Shown piece after piece: positions 10,105 through 19,995 of a DNA stretch of 64,000 nucleotides. Below the pieces are notes generated by a model, which saw nothing but the letters and a program-made list of their open reading frames with translations, did not search any database and had not been told where the DNA came from. Both the position numbers and the translations under genes were made by a program. Source of the DNA: Ostreococcus lucimarinus (taxonomy: Eukaryota); NCBI GenBank assembly GCA_000092065.1, contig CP000595.1; one strand, written 5' to 3'. Within the stretch, counting starts at the first letter, position 1; each line of letters starts with the position of its first letter.

Positions 10105-10158
10105 TGTGCGGTCGAACGTCGTCGATGATTTGAATCATCGACGACGTTCGACCGCACA
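10105..10158. repeat. Near-perfect 52-nt palindrome (24-26 bp arms tgtgcggtcgaacgtcgtcgatgat around a ttga loop) in the ORC3 / 10239-gene bidirectional promoter
   Basis: Read directly from the sequence. This explains the mirrored peptides (SNVVDD.NHRRRSTAQ) seen in both the plus and minus ORFs of the track. Confidence 0.85.
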
Positions 10159-10238
10159 ATCGAGCGCTCGCGCGCGAACGCGACGCGAACGTCGCCCCGA
10201 ACGCGGCGAGCGACGCGGAACTCGTCATCGCGCGCGTC

Positions 10239-10763
10239 ATGGCGCCGAAGAAACCGGCGCAGAAGAGCGCGAAGGCGCAGATCAAGGAGCAAAGAGATCA
10301 GATTCGGCAACAAATCAAAACCATTCGAGACGAATCCGCGTCGACGCACGTCCTGGACAGCCTGTACGACGCCGCGCTGGGGCTCGAACTGTGGCTGCGA
10401 ACGAACTCGAGCGCGTTTCCGAGCGCGGCGGTGAAACAGAAGACGGAGCGACTGGGGGAGATCGCGACGCAGGCGACGAGAGGGACGCTGGACGCGGACG
10501 CGGCGTACTGGGAACTGGCGGGACTGTACACGATCATCCATCGCGAGTGCCAGAAGGAAGATTTGGGGTTGGTGTTTCCGTCGTTCGTGTTTCCGGACGG
10601 AGGGATGCCCGCGCTCGGGGAGGGGGACGCGCTGACGCTGGCGGACGTGCGAGAGGCGATCGGGTGCGAACTCACGGCGGAGGCGCTGGACGCGAAGATC
10701 GCGGAGTTGGAGGAGATCGAACGCGCGAAGGCGGCGCTGGAGGCGATGGACGCGGACGCGTGA
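10239..10763 (+). CDS. Hypothetical conserved-looking 174-aa protein
   Basis: Non-repetitive ORF (MAPKKPAQKSAKAQIKEQRDQIRQQIKTIRDE...LYTIIHRECQKEDLGLVFPSFVFPDGG...). No family recognised. Confidence 0.5.
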   Translation: MAPKKPAQKSAKAQIKEQRDQIRQQIKTIRDESASTHVLDSLYDAALGLELWLRTNSSAFPSAAVKQKTERLGEIATQATRGTLDADAAYWELAGLYTIIHRECQKEDLGLVFPSFVFPDGGMPALGEGDALTLADVREAIGCELTAEALDAKIAELEEIERAKAALEAMDADA

Positions 10764-10854
10764 GAGGGTGAGGGTAGAGATGGAGACGGTTGTAAATTAC
10801 GGAGTGATGTTGACATCGATAAAACTAAGCGTACAGCGCGACGAGGCGCGGCGA

Positions 10855-12774
10855 TTACGTCGAGCCTTCGCGGCGCGCGACGGCGGCGCGCATCAACTCG
10901 AGCGCGGATTTGAGAAACGTGGCGTTGGACTTGATGGATGAGATCGTGAACTCGGCGGCGGTGATGATGTCTCTCCACTCGTGTCCGCCGACGGCGACGC
11001 AGAGCTTGATATCGCCCTTGGCGACGGCGCCGACGCGCGCGGCGATGGCGACGCGGCTGAGACGCCACGTCGCGCGCGCGACGCCGGCGATGGTTTCCAA
11101 CGCCATGGTGATTTCTTCGACGGTGATGGACGAGTTTGGTGCGAGCTCCGACGTGCCGGTTTCGGCGGCGACGGAGGTCAGCATGGAAACCTCGGGCGCG
11201 CCCGCGGCGGCGACGGCGGCTTGGCACTGCGCTATGTCGATGGCGCTCTCACTGATTTGAATGAAATCCACACACGTTTTCGACGCCGTCGTCGTCGTGG
11301 ACGAGCGCGGGAGCTTGTCGAACTCGAGCGTGGTGGTGGCTTCTTCAGATTTCACCGCGCGAGATTTTCCGGGCAAAAGTCCCGTCGCCTCCGCCCGCGT
11401 CGTCGTCGCGTCCTCCGAGTGCGTCGTCGCGTCGTCGCTCAAATTCACCTCGTTCACGATCTTCTCGGTGCCGAACTGTTTCAACTGCGCCGAGAGCGCG
11501 ACGTGGTTATCCATGTGTTCGTGCATGTGTTTCAACCCTTGCTCGATTTTTTCGCGCTCTTCGCGAATTAAGCGAAATTGCGAATTAAGCGCCGAACGAC
11601 TCACGCCGCGTTGCTTCCCGCTCGCGTCCTCAGTCTTCGACGTCTTCTTCGCCGGCGCGCTCTTCGCCGCGCCATCCTGCTTCGCCGCGACTACTTTCTC
11701 TTCCGCTTCCTCCATTTCCGCCTCCACCAACGCTTTCGGTCGCGGGTGCAGCGTCATCTGATACTTTTGCAACTCGGTGAGCTTCCACGGTTCCGACTTC
11801 ACCTTGCCCCACTTGCATCGAAGCGTCGCGTGCCAGTGATTCTTGATGGCGTTCTCCGGTCGTCCGGTCAAGAGCTTGGCGAGCGCGGCCCACTTCGTGC
11901 CCAGCACTTTGTGCCCCTCGACGAGGATCAGCTCCTCCTCCTTGCTCCACTCCCCAGTCTTGATTCCGGGTCGAAGGTGGTTCAGGTAACGATCTCGACA
12001 CTGCTTTCCGCGTCTGTGACGCATTAAACTCGCGATGTAACTCCACCGTTTCGCGCCGTATTTATCGATCAACTGCAGCAACTCCTTGTCCTCGCGCACG
12101 GTCCACTGTTGCGTCATCCCTTTAAGTTTACCCTCGCGCATCTCCGCCTCGTACGCGTCGTCTTCGCTCGCGTCGCCGTCGCCGTCGCCGTCGCTCGTCG
12201 AGGCCAACCCGGCGGCGGCGCGCGCCGCCGACCGCGCCGCCATCCCCCGAACCGTCTCTCGCACCTCCGTCTCCACCGTCCCCGCCGTCGCCGCCGTCGA
12301 TTGTCTCTTCATCGGCGGTCGCCCTCGTCGCGCGCGTTTCGTCCTCTCTCGCTCCGGCGCCGCGTTTTCCGCCGCCTGCGCGCGCGTCGCCCGAAAAGTC
12401 AACCGTCAGTCGTCGCGCGCGCCCTCGCGTCTCGCCTCGATCCCGACCTTCCCGCATCTCCCGTTTCGCGCGTCGCCTCGCTCGATCCCGCGCACCTCGA
12501 CCAACCAAAACAACGATCCCGCGTCCTCGACCGCCTTCGCCTTGGGCGGTCGACCGCGTCGTCGTTTCTTCGTCGTCGCCCTCGGTTCCGGCTCTCGCCG
12601 CGCGCGCGCCGTCGCCGCGATCGCCCCTTCGTTCGCCCGCGCCGCGCCGTGCGTCGCCGCCGACAAGTCGTGTTCGCCGGCGACGTCAGTGTCGTTCATT
12701 TTCGCGTCGCCCGCGTCGCGCGCGTGGTTCGCGTCGTCGCGCGACGGCGATTCGTTCGCCGCGACGATCGTCAT
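10855..12774 (-). CDS. R2R3-MYB transcription factor with two AT-hooks; proposed two exons (12774..12496, 12375..10855) with a 120-nt intron at 12376..12495
   Basis: MYB repeats present: WTVREDKELLQLIDKYGAKRWSYIA...EWSKEEELILVEGHKVLGTKWAALAKLLTGRPENAIKNHWHATL. The track start at 12402 is TTG. ORF 12406..12774 begins with a true ATG at 12774 and ends with ...TTKKRRRGRPPKAKAVEDAGSLFWLVE. It is followed by GTGCGC ... CGACTGACG ... 33 nt ... CAG, then joins in frame to AAENAAPERERTKRARRGRPPMKRQ... (a second AT-hook). The alternative single-exon model starts at ATG 12312. Confidence 0.6.
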
Positions 12775-13022
12775 GAAACGCTCACGCGTTGACGATCGTC
12801 GCGCGTTTCCGTCGCGCGCGCGTCGTCGCGCGCGCGCGCGGCGAGGGCGACGTCCGGAGTCGCGGTTTTATCGACGCGTGTCGTTTCGCGCGCGCGTCGA
12901 TCGATCGCGCGACGGGAACGCGCGGTCGACGCGCGGGCACGTGACGCATCATTGGGGTTTCGCTCGAGCGTTTCATTTTTTTCATTTTCGGCGCCGCGTG
13001 TGGACTCGCGCGAGCGCGAGCG

Positions 13023-15176
13023 CTAGAAATCGGCGTCGAAGGCGGCGACGCGAGCGACGATGGACTCGAGACGCTCCCACTCGTCGTAATAGAGCGCCTG
13101 CTTGGCGAGCTTTTCGTCCTTTTGGCGCTGAAGATCGAGGGCGCGAGCGACGTCGGCGCCGGCGGCGACGAGGTCGGCGTCGAGCGCGGCGATTCGGGCG
13201 TCGAGGACGGCGAGCGCGCGCTCGATTTTGTCGATGGTTTTGGGGGCGTTGGCGGCCTCTTTTTCCATCGCGCGACGGGATTTGCGGGCTCGTTCGTCGT
13301 CGGTGGCGTCGGCGGCGGCGGCGGCGGTGGGGGGGGGTGGACGCTCGGTCGGCGGCGCTCGCGCGGCGTAGTCGCCGACGCCGAGCTCGTCGCCGGCGAC
13401 GCGCATTCGCGCGGAGAACGCGCCGTTTTCAACCTTGGCGACGATCGTGGGGTTGAGCGCGGCGGCGAAGGCGGGGTTGTGCGTGATTGCGATCACCGCG
13501 CCTTCCCACCCGCGCAATCCATCGCACAAGGCTTCGATGGCGGTGCCGTCTAAATGATTCGAGGCTTCGTCGAGGAGTAACACGTTGACCGGTTTCAGCA
13601 CGAACGCGGCCAAGGCGACTCGAGCTTTTTCGCCGCCGGACAGACTGCCGATCGTGCGATCGACTGCTGCGGAACCAGTGATGCCGAGTGCGCCCAGAAC
13701 GCCGCGCGCGCGCTCCATCGTAATCGATTTATCAACCTTGCGCGCGACGTCGAGCACGTGTGTCAACGCGTCCACCTCCGCGGGCAGCTGCTGCGCCAAG
13801 TCTTGCGAAAAGTATCCCACGACGCAACCCTCGCCGCGCTCGACCGTTCCGCTCATCTCGGGTAACTCCCCGCCGATCGTTTTCAGGAACGTCGACTTGC
13901 CGGCGCCGTTCGGTCCGATGACGAGTAACCGGTCGCCCTTGGTCACGGTCACGTTGACGTCGGTGACCAACGTCGAGCCGACGGCTGCGTAGCCGACGGC
14001 TAAATCTTTCGCGATGAGAATTTCTCTCGCGCCTTGCGGTGGATTTGGAAGTCTCAAGACGACTTTTTTAGCGTCACCCGGCCCTTCTCCCAGATCGCCT
14101 TCTCCCGCGAGTTCGGTCAAGTCTTCGATTTTTTCTTGCACCTTGTCGAGGGCTTTCGCCTTGGACTTCGCCGCGGACGCCTTCGTGGCCTTGGCGCCGA
14201 ATTTCGTGATAAACTCATTCAATTTAGCCGCTTTTTGTCCCTCTTTCTCGAGCGACGAGAGCGCTTGCGCGCGTCGCGCCTCTCTCTCCTTGAGAAACCG
14301 CGCGTAGTCGCCCTTGAAATTGCCCAACTTTCCGCCGCGCACTTCGACTATGCGATCCACGCACGCGAGCAATTCCTCGTCGTGGGACACCAACACCACC
14401 GTGCCGGCGTACGATTTGATCCAATTCACGAGCCACGCCCGCGCGTCGCCATCCAAGTGATTGCTCGGCTCGTCCAGCAGCAACAGCCCGCCCTTGACGC
14501 CCGCCTCGCGAGAGTCTCCGGCCGGCGACAGCAGCGTCCTTGCGAGCGCGACTCGCATCTGCCATCCCCCGCTCAGCGTGTCGCACCGCGCCCGCATCAC
14601 CGCCTCGCTGAACCCAAGTCCTTTCAGCACGCTCGACGCGCGCTTCTCCGCCGTCGCGCCGCCGACCGCGTCGTATCTCTCCCGCGCGTCCGCCAACCGC
14701 GCCGCCGCGCCCGCCTCATCCGCCGCCAACGCGCGCGTCGCCCGCTCCACCGCCGCTTCCGCGTCTCGCACGTGCGTCATCCTCGACGTCGCTTCCTCGA
14801 ACACCATCAATTTGCTTCCGCTCGTCGCAGTCTGTTCCAGCGCGCCGACCGTGACTCCCATCGCGACGCCGAAGCCGACGCCGTTCGCGTCCCGCTCGCC
14901 GAGCAGCGCTCGCACGAGCGTCGTCTTCCCGCACCCGTTCGCGCCGACGACGCCGCATATCTCCCCCGGCTCCACGCGCACTGGATCGCCGTCGCGCGTG
15001 CCCGCGATGAGGTCGCGCGCGCCCGTCGTCACGCGCACGTCGGCGTCGAAAACGACGACGGCGCCGGCGGTTTCGCCGCGCGGGACGCTCGCGGGACGCG
15101 CGAGGTCGCGACGCGCGCGCCGGCGCGCGGGACCGCGCGCGCACACCGCGCGCGCGGTCGCGGGGCGCGTCGACAT
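13023..15176 (-). CDS. ABC-F family ATPase (two NBDs, no TMD; GCN20/ABCF-like, with probable organellar presequence)
   Basis: Two Walker A motifs (GVVGANGCGKTT; VIGPNGAGKSTF), two ABC signatures (LSGGWQMRVALAR; LSGGEKARVALAA), Walker B motifs LLLLDEPSNHLD and LLLDEASNHLD, and a C-terminal coiled coil. True ATG at 15176. Confidence 0.85.
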   Translation of the reverse strand: MSTRPATARAVCARGPARRRARRDLARPASVPRGETAGAVVVFDADVRVTTGARDLIAGTRDGDPVRVEPGEICGVVGANGCGKTTLVRALLGERDANGVGFGVAMGVTVGALEQTATSGSKLMVFEEATSRMTHVRDAEAAVERATRALAADEAGAAARLADARERYDAVGGATAEKRASSVLKGLGFSEAVMRARCDTLSGGWQMRVALARTLLSPAGDSREAGVKGGLLLLDEPSNHLDGDARAWLVNWIKSYAGTVVLVSHDEELLACVDRIVEVRGGKLGNFKGDYARFLKEREARRAQALSSLEKEGQKAAKLNEFITKFGAKATKASAAKSKAKALDKVQEKIEDLTELAGEGDLGEGPGDAKKVVLRLPNPPQGAREILIAKDLAVGYAAVGSTLVTDVNVTVTKGDRLLVIGPNGAGKSTFLKTIGGELPEMSGTVERGEGCVVGYFSQDLAQQLPAEVDALTHVLDVARKVDKSITMERARGVLGALGITGSAAVDRTIGSLSGGEKARVALAAFVLKPVNVLLLDEASNHLDGTAIEALCDGLRGWEGAVIAITHNPAFAAALNPTIVAKVENGAFSARMRVAGDELGVGDYAARAPPTERPPPPTAAAAADATDDERARKSRRAMEKEAANAPKTIDKIERALAVLDARIAALDADLVAAGADVARALDLQRQKDEKLAKQALYYDEWERLESIVARVAAFDADF

Positions 15177-15251
15177 CGCGCGCGCGCGCGGCCGGCGTCC
15201 CGGCGCGCGCGCGGCGACGCGGCGCGAACTGAAGGTCGAGCGTCGAGCGCG

Positions 15252-16115
15252 TCAGCCCTCGGCGGCGTCCCGCTCGCGAAGACGCGTCGAGCTCAACTTG
15301 AGCTCCTCGCCCTCGCCGCCGCGCACGAGATCGACGACGACGACGCGCAGCGGCGCGAGACCACCGCTCGAACGCATGTCGTTCAGCGCCTCCGCCCCGG
15401 CCACGGTCTCGCGGCTGACGACGAGGCCGGACATGTCGCGAACCGTCGCCGCGAGCGGCGGCGACGCGTCGAGCGGACCCACTCGAACCTCGATCGAAGA
15501 TTCCGGATCGCACAGCGCCAAGAACGCGCGCGCGTTCGCCGTGCGATCCGCGTACGACTCCACGAGCGCGCCGTACGCCTTATTCGCGAGCAATTCCGCG
15601 GACGTAACGCCGACGTACAAAACGCCGCCGCCGGCGACGGCGCGAGACGCCGACGCGAGCAACAGTCGGTGCCCGGCGTGCAAACGATCGAACGTCCCGC
15701 CCACGCTCACCTTATCCATCGTCCCATCGCTCCCGTCATCGCGCGTCGTCGCGTTCGGCGCGCTCCAGGACGCGACGCGCGCGCGCACCGCGCGCTCGAC
15801 CTCCGCGTCCGCGTCGTCGTCTCGCGTCTCTTCGTCTTCCTCTTCGTCCTCGCGCGCGTCGCCCCGCGTCCCGACGTCGTCGCCGCCGCCGCGTCCCTCG
15901 AACACCGGGTACACCTCGCGCCGCGGATCAATCGCCGACACCACGTCGTACACCTTCCACAGCGCGCGAGCCGTCGCGAAGTCGTCGCTCGAGCGCACGG
16001 CGACGCCGCGCGAGGCGTCGCCGCCGCACGCGCGCGCGAGCGCGAGCGCCGACCCGAGCTCGTCCTCGCGTCGCCAGCGCACCTCGATCGGCGCCGGCGC
16101 GACGCGCGCGAACAT
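15252..16115 (-). CDS. Cytidylyltransferase-fold protein, probably phosphopantetheine adenylyltransferase (PPAT/COAD-like)
   Basis: GGTFDRLHAGH (HxGH nucleotidyltransferase motif) and C-terminal KLSSTRLRE (ISSTxIR-like). Start placed at ATG 16115 after an R-rich leader; uncertain. Confidence 0.55.
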   Translation of the reverse strand: MFARVAPAPIEVRWRREDELGSALALARACGGDASRGVAVRSSDDFATARALWKVYDVVSAIDPRREVYPVFEGRGGGDDVGTRGDAREDEEEDEETRDDDADAEVERAVRARVASWSAPNATTRDDGSDGTMDKVSVGGTFDRLHAGHRLLLASASRAVAGGGVLYVGVTSAELLANKAYGALVESYADRTANARAFLALCDPESSIEVRVGPLDASPPLAATVRDMSGLVVSRETVAGAEALNDMRSSGGLAPLRVVVVDLVRGGEGEELKLSSTRLRERDAAEG

Positions 16116-16269
16116 CGTCGACGCGCGCGGACGTCGAGACGCGCCGCGCGCGCGTCGTCGCGACGCGAAAGCGTCGTCGTGTGACTGATTTCGAAACGAA
16201 TCGCGTTCGCGCGTCGTTCGCGCGCGCGCGCGCGCGACGCGCGCGACGCGCGGCGACGCGGGACGCGCG

Positions 16270-17127
16270 ATGGTTACGCGCGGCGTCGCGCGCGCGCTCG
16301 GCGCGAGTCGCGGCGTCGCGCGCGCGCGCTCGCGCGCCGAGGTGTGCGACCGACGACGCGCGCGCGGCACATCTCGACGCGACATGCGCGCGCTTCGCGC
16401 GACGAGCGCGCGCGCGACGACGCGCGACGGCGCGAAGCGCGCGTCGCGCGCGCGTCGCTCGTCCCGCGTCGCTCGAAACGCGTCGAGCGCGACGCACGAG
16501 CCGTGGGAACTCGGGCTGGGCGAATTGCACTTTTCGACGCGCGACGTCGACGCGCTCGCGGGCGCGAGCGCGCGCGACGACGCGCTCGGCGCGCTCTCGC
16601 CGACGTGGCGAATGCTGTTGCTGAGCGATGGGAGCGTGACGCGACACCTGAGCGTGCTGGGACGGGCGGAGAGGACGGAGGTGGAGGTGACGCGGCGAAG
16701 CGCGCGGGACGACGGGACGCGCGCGCGGGGACGACCGTCGCGACCGAGCGACGTGGAGGCGATGCTGCGGGGACCGATCGTGCGTCGAGAGGTGTACCTG
16801 CGCGCGGGAGAGGTGCGAGGCGCGGACGGGCGACCGGCGGTGTACGCGGCGTCGTGGTGGAACGAGGACGCGCTCGCGGCGTATCTGCCGGACGAGGACG
16901 CGTCGATGTGGGCGAATCTGCGAACGCGGCACGTGGAGTTGCACCGAGAGATTCGAGAGGTGTATTACGGCGAGAGCGAGGGTTTAGAGGCGGCGTTCGG
17001 CGAGCGCGGGCCGTTTTGGGGGCGGCATTATATTTTTTGGAGCGGCGGCGCGCCCATCACCGTCGTGTACGAAGTCTTCAATCCCGCGGCGTTTGAAAGG
17101 GCGCTCGGGCCTTTGAAGGCGGCGTAG
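16270..17127 (+). CDS. Chorismate lyase / DUF98 (UTRA-fold)-like protein, probably plastid targeted
   Basis: WRMLLLSDGSVTRHLSVLG... core typical of the DUF98 / chorismate pyruvate-lyase-like family. R/A/S-rich N-terminus. True ATG at 16270. Confidence 0.55.
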   Translation: MVTRGVARALGASRGVARARSRAEVCDRRRARGTSRRDMRALRATSARATTRDGAKRASRARRSSRVARNASSATHEPWELGLGELHFSTRDVDALAGASARDDALGALSPTWRMLLLSDGSVTRHLSVLGRAERTEVEVTRRSARDDGTRARGRPSRPSDVEAMLRGPIVRREVYLRAGEVRGADGRPAVYAASWWNEDALAAYLPDEDASMWANLRTRHVELHREIREVYYGESEGLEAAFGERGPFWGRHYIFWSGGAPITVVYEVFNPAAFERALGPLKAA

Positions 17128-17175
17128 CGCTAGGAAAAGTATTGTCGTATTCTTCATCTATGATTGTCTAGTCAG

Positions 17176-18939
17176 CTACGCGTTCACGCGCTCGAAGGTG
17201 TCGAAACATCTCGACATTTCGCTCGTGGTAAAGATGGACGTGAAAGGCTCGGCGCGACTGGCGAGCGGGACTTTTTTCACCCGCGCGTCCAACTCCTCCG
17301 CCGTGAGCGAGCCGTAGCTCGCGCCGCACAAATCGCCCATCTCTAATTCTTTCGTTTTCACGCGGTCGGTGAGGTCGCGCTCGAGCAAGGCTACCATTTT
17401 AGGGATTTGCGGAAAGTAGTGCGCTCGGAGCGTCTCGACCTCCCACAGCGAACTCTTCAACGCGTTCGTTTTGGCCGGATCGCGCTCGTCGGCGTCAAAC
17501 GGGTCGGCGTCGATGAGTTTCGCCGCCTCGCCTTCGACGCGCTCGCGATGCACGAGCACCACGCACGACTTGTGCCGACGCAAGAGATTATGAATGAATC
17601 CGACGCACACCATCGCGCCCGCCGGCGGCGCCGACAGCGCCAGTCGCGCAAAGCGCTTGATGAAACTCGCCACCAAGTACGCCGGTAACGCGGGCGATTT
17701 CAAGAAGACATCCATGAGGGAGAAGAAACCGCGACGGTGATTGGCGTGAAAGCACGATGCGTCGAGCAATTCGTACAAACGGTTGTAAAACGTCGGATAT
17801 TCTAACCCGTGTTGCGTCATGAGAATGAACAACCCGTTCAACGCGAGCATCCCCGTGAGGCCGCCGACGTCGATGGAATCGACGCAAAAATCGCTCAACA
17901 ACTGCGGATTCACCATGTGCGGCATCACGTCCACGTGCAGGCGCATCAAAATTTTTCGGTAAATATCCTCGGGAAAATCTGCGCGCAACAGCGCGAGCCA
18001 GGCGTCGCTGAACGCGCGTCGATGCCGCGCGCCCTCGGTCCACTTTGGCTTGCCGCCGCCCGACGTCTTTCTCTTCTTTTTCGCCGCCTCGAGATCGATC
18101 ACGCTCCCCTCGGCGTCCTCGCACCACGGTCCTCGCTTCTTTTCGCCTTCATCATCGACGCTCTCGCCGCGCAATTTCGCCAGCATCGCCGCGAAATCCG
18201 CGCGTCCGTCTTCGTCCTCGGCTCCCGCTTCGTCGCCTCGATAATCGTCAAACGCGCGCGGCGTCGCGTTGAGCACGTCGTACACGTTCCTCGCCACGTC
18301 CACCGCCGCCGCCTCCCCCTCGCCCGGCGCGTACGTCTTCAATTCCTCCGCCAATTTCCGCATCGCGCCGTACGTGTGATACCGCACGTCCACGCGCGTC
18401 AGATACCTCGCCTTGAGCGTCCCCAGCAGCGCCTCGCTCCACGATTTCGCCCGCGTCGCGCGCCGCAGCGCGTCCTCGTACAATTCATTCGAAAACTTCC
18501 CCGGCGTCTCGCACCGCGCGCACTCCATGATCACCCCGAGCGCCAGGCACCGCGCGCGCTCGTCCAGCTCGCCGTCCACGACGCACCCCACGCACCGCTC
18601 GACGAACACTCTTCGATGCTTCGCGAACCACGCCAAGTACGCGTCCCTCGCGTCGTCGTCGCCGCCCTCCTCTCGCCCTCCCTCGTCCCGTTTTCGCCGC
18701 GCCCGCGACTCGGCGAGCTCGCCCGCCGCCGTGCGCTCGCAGAAGAACCGCTCGAGCGCGACGAGGGCGTCCGCGACGTCCTCGCGCGGCCGCCGCGACG
18801 GATCCCTGAGCGTCCCGAGCAGCGCCAGCGCGCCGTTCGGGTCGTTCGTCGACGCGTTCAGCGCGATCGCGCCGTCTCGAATCCCGCGACGCGCCGCCGT
18901 CGACGCGACCGACGTCGACGCGCGCTTTTTCGGCGCCAT
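17176..18939 (-). CDS. NOC4: Nucleolar complex protein 4 (NOC4/UTP19; CBF/Mak21 domain)
   Basis: CBF-domain region ...[69 protein letters not shown]... Track start 19035 is GTG. First convincing ATG is at 18939 (MAPKKRAST). Confidence 0.7.
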   Translation of the reverse strand: MAPKKRASTSVASTAARRGIRDGAIALNASTNDPNGALALLGTLRDPSRRPREDVADALVALERFFCERTAAGELAESRARRKRDEGGREEGGDDDARDAYLAWFAKHRRVFVERCVGCVVDGELDERARCLALGVIMECARCETPGKFSNELYEDALRRATRAKSWSEALLGTLKARYLTRVDVRYHTYGAMRKLAEELKTYAPGEGEAAAVDVARNVYDVLNATPRAFDDYRGDEAGAEDEDGRADFAAMLAKLRGESVDDEGEKKRGPWCEDAEGSVIDLEAAKKKRKTSGGGKPKWTEGARHRRAFSDAWLALLRADFPEDIYRKILMRLHVDVMPHMVNPQLLSDFCVDSIDVGGLTGMLALNGLFILMTQHGLEYPTFYNRLYELLDASCFHANHRRGFFSLMDVFLKSPALPAYLVASFIKRFARLALSAPPAGAMVCVGFIHNLLRRHKSCVVLVHRERVEGEAAKLIDADPFDADERDPAKTNALKSSLWEVETLRAHYFPQIPKMVALLERDLTDRVKTKELEMGDLCGASYGSLTAEELDARVKKVPLASRAEPFTSIFTTSEMSRCFDTFERVNA

Positions 18940-19109
18940 CGCGACGAGAGACGCGCGCGCGACGACGCGCGGCGCGGAATGACGTCGCCGGTCGCCGCGC
19001 ATCGAGTGGCGGCGGCGCATCGATCGCGCGCGCACTTCACCGCGCGTCGCGATTCATCGCGCGCGCGTCCGCCGGACGATCCGCGACCCCGTCGCGCGTC
19101 TCGGGCGCC

Positions 19110-19841
19110 ATGGCGGAGCACCTGGCGAGCATCTTCGGCACGGAAAAGGACCGCGTGAACTGTCCGTTTTACTTTAAGATCGGCGCGTGTCGTCACGGCG
19201 ATCGCTGCTCGCGGCTGCACAACAAGCCCACGGCGTCGCAGACGATCCTGCTGACGAATCTGTACCGTCCGGACGTCGAGGTGGCGGCGGACCCGCGGGC
19301 GGCGACGAGCGGGGCGGCGAGCCGGGCGGGGCGAGGGCAGGAGGGATTCGAGGCGTTCGTCGAGGACGTCTTCGAGGAGCTGGACGAGTGCGGAGAGATC
19401 GAGGGCGTGAACGTGTGCGATAACGTCACGGATCACATGATGGGGAACGTGTACGTGAAGTTCGTCGAGGAGGAGGCGGCGGGTCGAGCGGTGGAGAAAT
19501 TGAGAGGGAGGTATTACGACGGACGACCGATCGCGGCGGAATTTTCGCCGGTGACGGATTTCAGGGAGAGCACGTGCAGGCAGTACGAGGAGAATTCGTG
19601 CACGCGGGGGGGGTACTGCAACTTCATGCACTTGAAACCGATCGGACGAGGCATGCGGAAGCGGTTGTACGGACGGTACTTGGGAGGAGGGCGACGCGAA
19701 CGACGCGAGGGCGAGCGGAGTCCGGGGCGAAAGCGCGAGAGAGACGACGGGGAGGACGACGGTCGAGTCACCGCCAAGGGGATGTCGGACGACGCGCGAC
19801 GGGCGATGTTCGCGTCTTGGAACGACGCCGACGACGAATGA
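19110..19841 (+). CDS. U2AF1: U2 snRNP auxiliary factor small subunit (U2AF35)
   Basis: [45 protein letters not shown]..., a central RRM-like region, a second CCCH zinc finger ([19 protein letters not shown]) and an RS/RG tail. True ATG. Confidence 0.9.
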   Translation: MAEHLASIFGTEKDRVNCPFYFKIGACRHGDRCSRLHNKPTASQTILLTNLYRPDVEVAADPRAATSGAASRAGRGQEGFEAFVEDVFEELDECGEIEGVNVCDNVTDHMMGNVYVKFVEEEAAGRAVEKLRGRYYDGRPIAAEFSPVTDFRESTCRQYEENSCTRGGYCNFMHLKPIGRGMRKRLYGRYLGGGRRERREGERSPGRKRERDDGEDDGRVTAKGMSDDARRAMFASWNDADDE

Positions 19842-19995
19842 GTGAATGAATGAATCCGCGAATCTGCGATTCTGCGATTGATTGATTCGAATGTAGCGCG
19901 CGTTGAAACGAAACGAAAGTTGATTTCTACACTGGTGCGTCGGTGATTTACACGTCAAACTAAACTATTTTTTCATTTTTTTCGTCCCTCACGCG

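Noticed and set aside
12086-13456. 456-aa plus ORF and 12782..13432 minus ORF (R/P-rich)
   Set aside because: Pure low-complexity (RRRRRRWR..., PPPPPPPTPP...). They overlap the MYB 5' exon and the ABCF 3' end on the wrong strand or frame.
14034-16188. 716-aa and 575-aa plus-strand ORFs antisense to the ABCF and PPAT genes
   Set aside because: R/A/S-rich, no motifs, entirely antisense to well-supported genes.
17809-19158. 449-aa plus ORF antisense to NOC4
   Set aside because: Low complexity (P/R/A/L-rich) opposite a conserved CBF-domain gene.
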